Positions 19,236 through 28,965 of a stretch of 64,000 bases of DNA are shown piece after piece (within the stretch, counting starts at the first letter, position 1; each line of letters begins with the position of its first letter). Source of the stretch: an uncultured Beijerinckiaceae bacterium (lineage in GTDB: Bacteria; Pseudomonadota; Alphaproteobacteria; Rhizobiales; Beijerinckiaceae); contig CAXTFM010000002.1 of NCBI GenBank assembly GCA_964243435.1, positions 10,021-74,020 on the forward strand. Direction: 5' to 3'. The notes under the pieces were generated by a model, which saw only the letters and a list, made by a program, of their open reading frames with translations, did no database searches and was not told where the DNA came from. Made by a program: the position numbers and the translations under genes.

Positions 19236-20096
19236 ATGCCCTCGACTACGTCCGACTACGTCCTCACCCTGTCCTGCCCCGATCGCGTGGGCCTCGTCCA
19301 CGCCGTCGCGCAGTTCATGGTGGAGCGCGGCTGCAACATCCTGGACAGCGCCCAGTTCTGCGAGGCGGAGACGGGCGTCTTCTTCATGCGGGTCAGCGTC
19401 GCGGCGCCGGCCGGCGCGGCCCATCGGGCGCTTTGCGACGGGTTCGCCCCCGTCGCGGCGCGCTGGGACATGTCCTGGCGCATCCACGACCTCAAGGTGA
19501 AACCGCGGCTCCTGCTGATGGTGTCGAGGTTCGGCCATTGCCTCAACGACCTCCTGTTCCGCTACGGGAGCGGCACCCTGCCGGTCGAGATTCCCGCGAT
19601 CGTTTCGAACCACCCCGACTTCCGCAAGCTTGCCGCCGCCTACGACGTCCCCTTCCACCACCTGCCCGTGGCGGCCGACACCAAGGCGGCACAGGAGGCG
19701 CGGCTCATGGCCCTCGTCGAGGACGAGCGCGTCGACCTCGTCGTGCTCGCCCGCTACATGCAGGTGCTGTCAAACGAGCTTTGCGCCAAGCTCGACGGCC
19801 GCGCGATCAACATCCACCACTCGTTCCTGCCAAGCTTCAAGGGCGCCAAGCCCTACCATCAGGCGCATGCGCGCGGGGTGAAGCTCATCGGCGCCACGGC
19901 GCACTACGTCACCGGCGACCTCGACGAGGGGCCGATCATCGAGCAGGACGTCCAGCGGGCCGACCACTCCCTCGATCCCGACGACCTCGTCGCGATCGGC
20001 CGCGACGTCGAAACGGTGGTGCTGTCGCGCGCCATCAAGTTCCACGTCGAGCACCGGGTCCTCCTCAGCGGACGGCGCACGATCGTGTTCCGATGA
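19236..20096 (+). CDS. purU: Formyltetrahydrofolate deformylase
   Basis: ACT-like LSCPDRVGLV, GHCLNDLL, VLARYMQVLS, INIHHSFLPSFKGAKPYHQA, DLDEGPIIEQ. Confidence 0.96.
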   Translation: MPSTTSDYVLTLSCPDRVGLVHAVAQFMVERGCNILDSAQFCEAETGVFFMRVSVAAPAGAAHRALCDGFAPVAARWDMSWRIHDLKVKPRLLLMVSRFGHCLNDLLFRYGSGTLPVEIPAIVSNHPDFRKLAAAYDVPFHHLPVAADTKAAQEARLMALVEDERVDLVVLARYMQVLSNELCAKLDGRAINIHHSFLPSFKGAKPYHQAHARGVKLIGATAHYVTGDLDEGPIIEQDVQRADHSLDPDDLVAIGRDVETVVLSRAIKFHVEHRVLLSGRRTIVFR

Positions 20097-21154
20097 CCTC
20101 GGGTTTCGCTCGCCGGCGGCGCGGGGTTAGATTGCACCGTGCCGCCGGCGTGCTCGCGGCGGTGCTCGCCGTCGCGCCGGCGGCTGGCGCGCCAGACAGC
20201 GGGGCAGCGAGCATGACGCCGGAAGCCGAGCCGTCTCCACCGTCCCGCGCGAGTACCGCCGGCCGCAGGCCGGAGCGCGCGCGGGACCTCGCCGACTTCG
20301 GCGCCGCGGCGCCCTATCCGCTGGCGGGGAACATCATCATCCCCGAAACAAACGAACCCTTCTTCGCGCGGGATGCGGACGGCCGCCTGTTCCACGACGC
20401 GCCGCGCGGCGGCCGCCTCTTCGAGCATCCAACCTACGACGACAAACGCTCGCTCGTGGTGGTGCCGCCCCGTTTCGATCCGGCCAAGCCGGCGGCCGTC
20501 GTGCTGTTCTTCCACGGCAACCTCGCCGTCCTGGAGCGCGACGTGGTGCGGCGGCAGCGGGTCGTCGCGCAGGTCGCGGGCTCGCGCCTCAACGCCGTGC
20601 TGGTGGCGCCGCAGCTCGCCGTCGACGCGCTCGATTCCAGCCCCGGCCGCTTCTACGAGCGGGAGTTCCTCGATGGCTACCTCGACGAGGCGGCGCGGCA
20701 GCTCGCGGCCCGCGCGGGCGGGCGCTTCACGGCCGAGGACGCCGGCCGGTGGCCGGTCATCCTCGTCGCCTACAGCGGCGGCTACCTCGCGACGGCCTAC
20801 TGCCTGCCCGCGCAGAGCGGCAGCCGTCGCCGCATCCTCGGCGTCGTCCTGCTCGATGCGCTGTTCGGCGAGGAAGCGAAGTTCGCCGCATGGATCGCGC
20901 AGGCGCGCGACACGGCGTTCCTCGTCAGCGCCTTTTCGCCGTCCTCGGCCGGGTTGAACGGCAGGCTCGCCGCCGACCTTGCCGCGCACGGCGTCCCGGT
21001 CGCGCCCGTCCTGCCCGCCGCGATGAAGGCCGGCGCAGTCGTCCTCCGTGCCGCGCCCGGTGCCGAGCACAACGGCTTCGTCACCATGGCCTGGACGCGC
21101 GACCCGTTGCAGGACGTGCTGTCGCGCGTCGACCTCGGTGGCGGGGAACCTTGA
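20093..21154 (+). CDS. Putative exported alpha/beta-hydrolase-fold protein
   Basis: Signal-like N-terminus, VVLFFHGN, LVAPQLAVDA.DSSPG, nucleophile-elbow-like AYSGG, VVLLDALF, C-terminal His. ATGA overlap with purU. Confidence 0.7.
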   Translation: MTSGFARRRRGVRLHRAAGVLAAVLAVAPAAGAPDSGAASMTPEAEPSPPSRASTAGRRPERARDLADFGAAAPYPLAGNIIIPETNEPFFARDADGRLFHDAPRGGRLFEHPTYDDKRSLVVVPPRFDPAKPAAVVLFFHGNLAVLERDVVRRQRVVAQVAGSRLNAVLVAPQLAVDALDSSPGRFYEREFLDGYLDEAARQLAARAGGRFTAEDAGRWPVILVAYSGGYLATAYCLPAQSGSRRRILGVVLLDALFGEEAKFAAWIAQARDTAFLVSAFSPSSAGLNGRLAADLAAHGVPVAPVLPAAMKAGAVVLRAAPGAEHNGFVTMAWTRDPLQDVLSRVDLGGGEP

Positions 21155-21203
21155 TCGGGCGGCGGCGGCGCTGAGGTGGGGCGGCGCGATCTCCGGCCGG
21201 CCT

Positions 21204-21980
21204 TCAGATCACCCAGTCCTCGCGCGCCGCCGCTTCCGCGGACAGGTCGCTCTTGATCCTGTCGGACAGGAGCCTGAGCCGCAGGTCGCCGCGCCGCCGC
21301 GGGCGCTCGACGTCGATCGGCAGCGACGAACGGACCTCGCCGGGCTTGCCGCCGAGCGCGACCACGCGATCGGCGATGTACACGGCCTCCTCGATGTCGT
21401 GGGTGACGAACAGCACCGTGATGCCCTCGTCGCGCCGGATCCTGACGACCTCGTCCTGCAAGGCTTCGCGCGTCGGCGCGTCCAGCGCGCTGAACGGCTC
21501 GTCCATCAGCAGCAGTTCGGGCCGCAGGCACAGCGCGCGGGCAAGGGCGACGCGCTGGCGCTGCCCACCCGAGAGCTGGTGCGGCCAGCGCGCGCCATGG
21601 TCGCGCAGGCCGACGCCGGCCAGGGCGCGCGATGTGCGCTCCCGTCGCTCGGCGGCGGACAGCTTCAGCTTTTCGAGGCCGAACGCGACGTTGGCGGCGA
21701 CCCGGCGCCAGGGCAGGAGCCGCGCGTCCTGGAACACCAGCGCCACGGCGCGCTCCGCGTCGCGGCCGGAGCGGATCTCGACCGTGCCCGCGCTCGGGCG
21801 CGACAAGCCCATCAGGACACGCAGCAGGGTCGACTTGCCCACGCCCGACGAGCCGACGATCGCCAGGAACTCGCCGCGGGCCACGTCGAGGTCGAGGTGA
21901 CGCAGCACCTCGTTGCGCGTGCCGTCACGCTCGAAGCTGAGGGCGAGGTCGCGGATCGTGATGAGAAGGTCGGCCGTCAT
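21204..21980 (-). CDS. NitT/TauT ABC transporter ATP-binding protein
   Basis: Walker A GSSGVGKST, LSGGQRQRVALARAL, LLMDEPFSALD, VTHDIEEA. Confidence 0.93.
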   Translation of the reverse strand: MTADLLITIRDLALSFERDGTRNEVLRHLDLDVARGEFLAIVGSSGVGKSTLLRVLMGLSRPSAGTVEIRSGRDAERAVALVFQDARLLPWRRVAANVAFGLEKLKLSAAERRERTSRALAGVGLRDHGARWPHQLSGGQRQRVALARALCLRPELLLMDEPFSALDAPTREALQDEVVRIRRDEGITVLFVTHDIEEAVYIADRVVALGGKPGEVRSSLPIDVERPRRRGDLRLRLLSDRIKSDLSAEAAAREDWVI

Positions 21981-22004
21981 GCCCGGCTCCTCTTGCCCCG
22001 TTCC

Positions 22005-22763
22005 TCATGGGCGGTAGGCCAGGAGCCGGCCCTGGGCAAGGATGAAGAGGGTGTCCATCACGCCGTAAAGGGCCGCGATCGTCAGCATGTAGACGACCAC
22101 GGTGTCGGTGGCGAGCAGGCTCGAGGCCTGCGTCATGCGCTGGCCGAGGCCGGGAACGCCGAACAGCTCGGCGGCGACGACGGACATCCAGGCCTGTCCG
22201 AGGGCGGTGCGCAGGCCGACGAGGATGCCCGGCAGCGCCGCCGGCAGCATCACCTTGCGCAGCTTGGCGAGAGGGCCGGTGAAGCCGAAGGCGTCGGCCA
22301 CCTCGATGAGGTCGCGGTCGACGGCGCGGATGGCGCCCTGCGTCGCGAAGAACACGATCCAGAAGACGCCGATCGCGATGATGAACACGGCCGCCCCCTG
22401 GTCCACGCCGAACCAAAGGATGGCGAACGGCACCCAGGCGAGACCTGGAATGGGGCGCAGCACGCGCACGACCCAGGCGAGGACGCGCTCGAAGCGGACC
22501 GACATGCCCGTGGCGATGCCAAGGCCTACGCCGGCGGCGGCGCCGCAGATCAGGCCGAGCAGGTAGTGTTCGAGGCTCATCGCCACCGCGTCGGGCCACA
22601 GACCGCTGCCCAGCTCGCTGAGGAAGGCGGCGGGCACGTCGCTCGGCCGGGGCAGCAGCGCGGACGACACCAGCCCGAGGCTCGGCGCCGCCTGCCACAG
22701 CGCGAGGAAGCACGCCAGCCCGGTCGCCCCGAGAAGATAGGGCAGCGCCGCACCCGCGCGCAT
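22005..22763 (-). CDS. NitT/TauT ABC transporter permease
   Basis: LRPIPGLAWVP, LWFGVD, EAA-like loop, LPAALPGILVGLR, VVAAELFG. Confidence 0.92.
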   Translation of the reverse strand: MRAGAALPYLLGATGLACFLALWQAAPSLGLVSSALLPRPSDVPAAFLSELGSGLWPDAVAMSLEHYLLGLICGAAAGVGLGIATGMSVRFERVLAWVVRVLRPIPGLAWVPFAILWFGVDQGAAVFIIAIGVFWIVFFATQGAIRAVDRDLIEVADAFGFTGPLAKLRKVMLPAALPGILVGLRTALGQAWMSVVAAELFGVPGLGQRMTQASSLLATDTVVVYMLTIAALYGVMDTLFILAQGRLLAYRP

Positions 22764-22772
22764 CGAAGCGGC

Positions 22773-23777
22773 CTATCTCGCCACCGCCCGCTTGTAGAAC
22801 CCGTCGTCGAAGAGGCCGTCGAGCGGGTATTCCTTGTCCAGCGTGCCGAGCCTGACCTGGTAGGCCTGCATCGCACGGGTGGAGGCGACGATCGCATCGG
22901 GGTCGACGTTGAACCTCGAGGCCGGCGAGCGCAGCGCCGACAGGATCAGCTCCCTCGACACCAGGCCCTTGCCGAGCGTCGCCTCGACGGCGGGCACGGC
23001 ACTGGCGGGGTCGGCCTGCATGGCGGCATTGGCGCGGTCGATCGCCGCGACGAGCTTCTCAACCTCGCCCGGATGCGCCTTGAGGAAAGCACCCTGGATC
23101 GCGACGACGGTCCCCGGCTGGTCGGGAAACATGTCGCGACCGAGTGCGACCACGGTGATGCGGGGGTCTCGCGCGCGTACGATGGTGACGGCCGGCTCCC
23201 GCAGGGTGGCACCGTCCACAGCGCCGGCGAGCACCGCCTGCTGCGTTGCGTCGATGCCCATGGTAATGAGGCGCACGTCGCCCGCCGCCACCCTGCTTGC
23301 TTCGAACAGCCAATGGTTGAGCGTGGTGTGCGGCACTGAGCCCGGCGGCTGCGTCGCCAGGCTCGCGGGGCGGCCGTTCGCCGCCGCGAAGGCCTTGAAG
23401 GCGTCAGCCGGCGCGATCCCCGGCTTGAAGAAGGTTGCCAGCTTGGGACCGGCGACCGTCGTCATCTCCTCGATGGCGGTCGCGGCCACGACCTTGACGT
23501 CGATGCCCTTGGAACGCGCCACCGCGAGGGGTGCGATGCCGGCGACGTAGATTTCGAGCTTACCCGAGGCCAGCGCCTGGATCATGTTGGGGCCGGACTC
23601 GAAGGGGATGAAGCGGACGTCGAGCCCCGCCTCCTTCAGCCAGCCCTCGCGTTCCGCCACGAACACCTGCGCCGTTCCAAGGACGGGAATGAAGCCGACG
23701 CGAACCGGGATGGTCTGCGCTTGGGCCGGCGCGAGCGAAGCCGCAAGGAAAAGGAGGCCGGGCAGCAGGCGGAACAT
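22773..23777 (-). CDS. NitT/TauT ABC substrate-binding protein
   Basis: Signal peptide ending AQA-Q, VRVGFIP, FESGPNMIQALASG, GAVDGATLREP. Confidence 0.88.
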   Translation of the reverse strand: MFRLLPGLLFLAASLAPAQAQTIPVRVGFIPVLGTAQVFVAEREGWLKEAGLDVRFIPFESGPNMIQALASGKLEIYVAGIAPLAVARSKGIDVKVVAATAIEEMTTVAGPKLATFFKPGIAPADAFKAFAAANGRPASLATQPPGSVPHTTLNHWLFEASRVAAGDVRLITMGIDATQQAVLAGAVDGATLREPAVTIVRARDPRITVVALGRDMFPDQPGTVVAIQGAFLKAHPGEVEKLVAAIDRANAAMQADPASAVPAVEATLGKGLVSRELILSALRSPASRFNVDPDAIVASTRAMQAYQVRLGTLDKEYPLDGLFDDGFYKRAVAR

Positions 23778-23907
23778 GCGCGATCCACGATCGGTGACGA
23801 TGCGCCTGCCTAGCACAGCTTCGGCCTATGCGAGACGGCGCGCGCGGGGCTCCGCGAGGAAGGACGGGACGACGCGCGCACGCCGCGAACCTGCTCCGCG
23901 CTTGCGA

Positions 23908-24699
23908 TCAGATCGTCGCCACCGAGCCCCCGTCGACGCGGTAGTTCGCGCCGTTGACGAAGCTCGCCTGCGCCGAGCACAGGAACACCACGACGGCGGC
24001 GACCTCCTCCGCCCGTCCGCGGCGCTGCAACTCCAGCGTCGGCCGTTCCTCCTTGAGGAAGGAGGCGACCGCCTCGTCGAAGCTGGTGCCGTTCTTCTTC
24101 GCGCGCTTGTCCATCATCGCGTCGGTCATCGGCGTTTCGATGTAGGCCGGGCCGACCGAGTTCACCAGCACGCCCTTCTTGGCGTAGGTCTTGGACAGGC
24201 CCTTGGTCAGGCTGCGGATGCCGGCCTTGGCCGCGCAATAGGGCAGCTCGTCGGCGTAGGGCTGCTCCGAATCCTCGGAGGCAAACAGCACGACGCGCCC
24301 CGACCCGCGCGCGGCCATGCCCGGCACGAAGGCGCGCGTCACCCGCACCGTGCCCATCAGCAGGATGTCGAGCGTTTCCTGCCAGCCGGCGTCGTCGATC
24401 TCGTGGAACAGGCCGGTGGCGCCGGTGACGCCGGCGGCGTGGACCAGGCAGTCGACGTGGCCGAGCTTGGCCAGCGCGAAGTCGTGCAGCCTTTGCACGG
24501 AGGCCGTATCGGTGACGTCGACGACGCAGGGATGGACCTCGCCGCGCAGGCCGGCGGCGGCCGCCTCGATCTCGCCGGCATACTGGTCGGCGATGACGAC
24601 CCGCGCGCCCTCGTCGAGCAGCATGGAGGCCGTCATCAGCCCCATGCCGGAGTCGGCGCCGGTGACGACGGCCGTCTTGCCCTTGAGTCCGAGATCCAT
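23908..24699 (-). CDS. Short-chain dehydrogenase/reductase
   Basis: TGADSGMG, YCAAK catalytic motif, VNSVGP, VDGG; GGAGG RBS. Confidence 0.92.
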   Translation of the reverse strand: MDLGLKGKTAVVTGADSGMGLMTASMLLDEGARVVIADQYAGEIEAAAAGLRGEVHPCVVDVTDTASVQRLHDFALAKLGHVDCLVHAAGVTGATGLFHEIDDAGWQETLDILLMGTVRVTRAFVPGMAARGSGRVVLFASEDSEQPYADELPYCAAKAGIRSLTKGLSKTYAKKGVLVNSVGPAYIETPMTDAMMDKRAKKNGTSFDEAVASFLKEERPTLELQRRGRAEEVAAVVVFLCSAQASFVNGANYRVDGGSVATI

Positions 24700-24725
24700 G
24701 CTGCCTCCTGCCGGTCGCGCGGGAG

Positions 24726-24753
24726 GGAACGACGCCGTTCCCCCTTTCGTTGC
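24726..24753. promoter_or_regulatory. Overlapping bidirectional EcfG-type promoters
   Basis: Plus strand GGAAC-N17-CGTT (24726-24751, exact consensus) facing the esterase. Minus strand GCAAC-N17-CGTT (24753-24728) facing the SDR. Confidence 0.62.
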
Positions 24754-24865
24754 CCGCGCACCATCGAGACAGAGGAACGCACCATGCGCGCGACGCGCGA
24801 AACACGACGCCTGCGCGCGGCGCGTGAGGCGCAGCCCTCGCCCGACACCCGGAACGGTCCGCGCG

Positions 24866-25780
24866 GTGCTTGACCCGCAGGCCGCGGCGGTGCTCGCCGA
24901 ACTCGCCGCCCAGGCGAAGCCGATGCCCTCCGACGACCAGGCTTGGCTGCGCGGCTACCGGGCCGAGTTGGACGAGGTGGTCGCGATGCAGGGCCCGGCG
25001 CCGGCGGCCGCCGTGGCCGACCGCTGGGTCGGCGCGCTGCGGCTGCGGTGCTATCGGTCCGAGGGTTCGGACACGTGGTCGACTGTGCGACCGACCGTGC
25101 TCTACATTCACGGCGGCGGCTTCGTCGCCGGCTCGCTCGACGGCTACGACATCCCCCTGCGCCATCTCGCGCTGCGTTCGGGCTGGCAGGTCGCGGCGGT
25201 CGACTACCGGCTTGCGCCGGAGCACCCCCACCCCGCCGCACAGGAGGACTGCATGGCGGCGCTGCGCGACCTGTTCGCGGGTGGCGCGGCGTGCGCGGAC
25301 CCGCGGCGCATCGCGGTTGCCGGCGACAGTGCCGGCGGCGCGCTGGCCGCGCTGACGGCGCACGGCGCCCGCGCGGCGGGGCTTCCGCTGCGCGCGCAGG
25401 TGCTGCTTTATCCCAACGCGGATTTGCGGGACGCGGCGGATGACGCGTCACGCGCCGAGCACGACGGCAAGGTCGTGCGTCTCGACGAACTCCGCCGCAG
25501 CCTCGCCCTCTACGCCGGGACCGCCGACCGGACCGCGCTGTCGCCCCTGCTGGCCGCCGATCTCGCCGGGCTTTGCCCCGCGCTGGTGGTGACGTGCGAG
25601 TGCGACCCGTTGCGCGACGAGGGCGAACGTTACGCCGCGCGCCTCCGCCAAGCCGGCGTCGCCGTCGAGGCCGAGCGCCTCGGCGGGATGATCCACAGCG
25701 TGCTCCAGCGGGGCGCCCGCGTCGCTGCCGGCGACGGTCTGATCACCCGCGTCGCAGCGCGCCTGCGGGCGATCACGTGA
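24866..25780 (+). CDS. Esterase/lipase, HSL (Abhydrolase_3) family
   Basis: LDPQ start, YIHGGGF, VDYRLAPEHP, AGDSAGG, CDPLRDEG, GMIHS. GTG start at 24866 is an estimate. Confidence 0.9.
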   Translation: MLDPQAAAVLAELAAQAKPMPSDDQAWLRGYRAELDEVVAMQGPAPAAAVADRWVGALRLRCYRSEGSDTWSTVRPTVLYIHGGGFVAGSLDGYDIPLRHLALRSGWQVAAVDYRLAPEHPHPAAQEDCMAALRDLFAGGAACADPRRIAVAGDSAGGALAALTAHGARAAGLPLRAQVLLYPNADLRDAADDASRAEHDGKVVRLDELRRSLALYAGTADRTALSPLLAADLAGLCPALVVTCECDPLRDEGERYAARLRQAGVAVEAERLGGMIHSVLQRGARVAAGDGLITRVAARLRAIT

Positions 25781-25789
25781 CCCCCGTCG

Positions 25790-26695
25790 CTACGCCGTTC
25801 CGTTGCCGCCCGTGGCGCCATACACCTCGCCGGTGACGTAGCTCGCCTCCTGCGACGCGAGGAACACGTAAACGGGCGCGAGTTCGACTGGCTGGCCGGG
25901 GCGCCCGAGTGGCACCCCCGAGCCGAACTTCTCGACCGCCTCCTGCGGCTGGCCGCCCGAGGGCTGCAACGCCGTCCAGAACGGGCCGGGTGCGACCGCG
26001 TTCACCCGGATGCCCTTGGCGACGACCTGCTTGGCGAGCGCCTTGGAGAAGGCGACGATGCCGGCCTTGGTGGTGGAATAGTCGAGCAGGATCGGCGGCG
26101 GGGTGTAGGCGACCACCGAGGCGGTGTTGATGATCGCGGCGCCCGGCGGCATGTGCGGGACCGCCGCCTTGGTGATCCAGAACATGGCGTAAAGGTTCGT
26201 CTTCAGCGTGCGGTCGAATGCGTCGGCGGAGATGTCGCCGATGTCTTTCTGGTTGGTCTGCTTGCCGGCATTGTTGACCAGGATGTCGAGGCCGCCGAGC
26301 TCGGCCACGGTGCGCTCCACCAGTCCCTCGCAGAAGCCCTGGTCGGTGATGTCGCCGGGGAACAAGGCCGCCCTGCGGCCCTCCGCCCGGATGAGCTTGG
26401 CCACCTCCTCGGCATCGGCCATCTCGTCGGCGAGATAGCTCAGCGCCACGTCGGCTCCTTCGCGGGCGAAGGCGATCACGGCGGCGCGCCCGATGCCGGA
26501 ATCGGCGCCGGTGACCAGGGCGCGCCGCCCCTTAAGGCGGCCATGGCCGACATAGCTCGTTTCGCCGTGGTCCGGCCTGGGGTCCATGGCCGCCGCCAGT
26601 CCCGGCGCGCCCTGCGGCTGACGGGGGAACGGCGGCTGCGGGTACTGCGTGCGCGGGTCCTGCATGCGCAGGCGGTCGGCGGCGTCGTCCGGCAT
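25790..26695 (-). CDS. SDR oxidoreductase, YghA-like
   Basis: QYPQPPFPRQPQ.PG...PDHGETSY.GHGRL, TGADSGIG, DYSTTK, NAVAPGPFWT.LQPSGGQ, GRPGQPVELAP. Confidence 0.92.
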   Translation of the reverse strand: MPDDAADRLRMQDPRTQYPQPPFPRQPQGAPGLAAAMDPRPDHGETSYVGHGRLKGRRALVTGADSGIGRAAVIAFAREGADVALSYLADEMADAEEVAKLIRAEGRRAALFPGDITDQGFCEGLVERTVAELGGLDILVNNAGKQTNQKDIGDISADAFDRTLKTNLYAMFWITKAAVPHMPPGAAIINTASVVAYTPPPILLDYSTTKAGIVAFSKALAKQVVAKGIRVNAVAPGPFWTALQPSGGQPQEAVEKFGSGVPLGRPGQPVELAPVYVFLASQEASYVTGEVYGATGGNGTA

Positions 26696-26736
26696 GGAAG
26701 CGTCCTTTCGGCATCCCGGGGATCGGTGTGCCGGCG

Positions 26737-26761
26737 AGCGCGGAGCGTCGGGAAAAGTTCC
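26737..26761 (-). promoter_or_regulatory. Candidate EcfG-type promoter (GGAAC-N16-CGCT)
   Basis: Minus strand GGAAC ttttcccgacgctccg CGCT, about 40 nt upstream of the YghA-like start. Confidence 0.45.
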
Positions 26762-26806
26762 GGCACGGCAAGCCGCGTGCGGTGGGGCGACGGCGCGCCC
26801 GCCCCG

Positions 26807-27625
26807 TCACCGCCCCCGGAACACCGGCCTGCGCTTCTGCATGAACGCCGTCCGTCCTTCCGTGTAGTCCGAACTGTCGAAGCACGTCGCCACGGCGGCC
26901 GCGACGGCGTCCATGTCGCGCTCCGCCGGGTCGCGCAGCGCCGCGTTGCTGATGAGCTTCATGCCGCGCACCGACAGCGGGGCGTTGCCTGCGACGGTGC
27001 GGGCCAGCCCGTTCACCGCCTCCTCCAGCGCATCGACCGGCACGACGCGGTTCACCAGGCCGATGCGCAGCGCCTCGGCGGCGTCGATGCGCTCGCCGGT
27101 GAACAGCAGCATGCGCCCGTTGGCCTGGCCGACCAGCGAGTTCAAGTGCTGCACGGCGTCGAAGCCGTAGGCGATGCCGAGCCGCGCCGCGGGAATGCCG
27201 AAGGCGCTGTCGTCGGAGGCGATGCGCAGGTCAGCCATCATCGCGATGGCGAGCCCGCCGCCGAGGCAGTACCCCCGGATGCGGGCGATCACCGGCTTGG
27301 GAAACGCCGCGAGCCGGGCACGGCAGCCCCTCGTCAGCCGCTCGTACTCCTGCTGCGCGGCGGCGTTGCTGCGCTTCTCGCCGAACTGGCTGATGTCGGC
27401 GCCGGACACGAAGGCCTTGTCCCCAGCACCCGTCAGCACGACGACCCGCACGCCGTCGTCGTCCGCCCAGCCCTCAAGGATCGCGCCCAGCCCGTCCCAC
27501 ATCTCGATTGACATGGCGTTGCGCTTTTCCGGCTGGTTGAAGGTGACCGTGCCGATGCCCTCGGCCGCCTCCGCCAGCATCTTGCCCGATGCGTACGCCG
27601 TCCGGGCCGGTTGCGTCGCGTCCAT
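26807..27625 (-). CDS. Enoyl-CoA hydratase/isomerase family protein
   Basis: FNQPEKRNAM, AFVSGADISQF, IRGYCLGGG, GIPAARLG, DYTEGRTAF; 1-nt overlap with the upstream CoA transferase. Confidence 0.92.
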   Translation of the reverse strand: MDATQPARTAYASGKMLAEAAEGIGTVTFNQPEKRNAMSIEMWDGLGAILEGWADDDGVRVVVLTGAGDKAFVSGADISQFGEKRSNAAAQQEYERLTRGCRARLAAFPKPVIARIRGYCLGGGLAIAMMADLRIASDDSAFGIPAARLGIAYGFDAVQHLNSLVGQANGRMLLFTGERIDAAEALRIGLVNRVVPVDALEEAVNGLARTVAGNAPLSVRGMKLISNAALRDPAERDMDAVAAAVATCFDSSDYTEGRTAFMQKRRPVFRGR

Positions 27626-28836
27626 CAGATTGCTCCCTCGGCGCGCATTTGCGCGATCTCGTCCGGAGTCAGGCCCACCTCCGTCAACACGGCCTGCGTG
27701 TCCGCGCCCATGTCGGGGCTGGCGGTGCGCACCGCCTTGCCGACGCCCGACAGGTTCAAGGGCGATGCCACCACCGACAGGGTGCCGAGACGAGGGTGCG
27801 CGACCGGAACGGCGAGGCCGAGGTGCTGGACCTGCGGGTCGGCGAACACCCGGTCGATGGTGTTGATCGGCCCGCAGGGGATGCCGGCGTCGGCAAACAA
27901 CGCCGTCCAATGCGCGGAGGGCTGCGTGCGGGTGAGGGCGCCGATGGCGGCGTTGATGGCCTCGCGGTCGGCGCTGCGGCCCGTCATGCTCGACCACTCC
28001 GGTTTGGACAGCCAGTCCGGGCGCTCCAAGGCCTCGCAGAAGCGCCGCCATTGCCGGCCGGAACTGGCCGCGATGTTGACGGCGCCGTCGGCCGTGGGAA
28101 AGGCGCCGGTGGGGATGCCGGTCGGGTGGTCGTTGCCGGCCTGTCCGGCGACCTCGCCCTTCATCAGCCAGCGCGCGGCCTGGAAGTCGAGCATGAACAC
28201 CTGCGCTTCGAGCAGGCTGGTGGTCACCCAGCGACCCTTGCCGGTGCGGTGACGCTCGAACAGCGCCGTCATGATGCCGAACGCCAGCAGGTTGCCGGCG
28301 GTGAGGTCGGCGAGCGGGATCCCCGCGCGCACCGGACCCTGGCCGGGCAGGCCGGTGATCGACATCAGCCCGCCCAAGCCCTGCGCGATCTGGTCGACCC
28401 CGGCGCGCGCGCCGTAGGGGCCGTCCTGGCCGAAGCCGCTGATGCTGCCGTACACCAGCCGCTCGTTGACGGCACGGAGGTCGTCCCAGCCGATGCGCAG
28501 CCGGTGCTTGACGTTGGCGCGCATGTTCTCGACGAGCACGTCCGCGCGGGCGACCAGTCGCAGGAAAGCGGCGTGGCCCGACGGCGTCTTGAGGTTGAGC
28601 TGGATGGCGCGCTTGTTGCGGTGCAGGTTCTGGAAGTCCGGGCCGTCGCGGTCGCCGGCGATGTCCTCGGCGCCGCTCGGCGGCGGCTCCACCCGGATCA
28701 CCGACGCACCCCAATCCGACAGGTGCCGCACGCAGGTCGGGCCGGCACGGGCGAGGGTGAGGTCCAGCACGACGAGGCCGGCGAGCGGCAACGCGGCCGC
28801 CGCGGTGCGAGGGTGATCGCCGTCCGCCATGGTCAT
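27625..28836 (-). CDS. CaiB/BaiF (family III) CoA transferase
   Basis: VLDLTLARAGP, LHRNKRAI.LNLK, DVLVENMR, SISGFGQDGPY, DQIAQGLGGLMSITG, ADLTAG. Confidence 0.93.
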   Translation of the reverse strand: MTMADGDHPRTAAAALPLAGLVVLDLTLARAGPTCVRHLSDWGASVIRVEPPPSGAEDIAGDRDGPDFQNLHRNKRAIQLNLKTPSGHAAFLRLVARADVLVENMRANVKHRLRIGWDDLRAVNERLVYGSISGFGQDGPYGARAGVDQIAQGLGGLMSITGLPGQGPVRAGIPLADLTAGNLLAFGIMTALFERHRTGKGRWVTTSLLEAQVFMLDFQAARWLMKGEVAGQAGNDHPTGIPTGAFPTADGAVNIAASSGRQWRRFCEALERPDWLSKPEWSSMTGRSADREAINAAIGALTRTQPSAHWTALFADAGIPCGPINTIDRVFADPQVQHLGLAVPVAHPRLGTLSVVASPLNLSGVGKAVRTASPDMGADTQAVLTEVGLTPDEIAQMRAEGAI

Positions 28837-28965
28837 CGCTCTCCCCGCCGTTGTTTTTCGTTGTGGTGCGCGGTGCGCCGCACGTTCATAGTCCTCCATG
28901 CCGGGCGGTCGCAACACCGTGATCCCGGCCGCTCGCCCGCGACGCGTTCCGGGCAGGGGCGGGGC

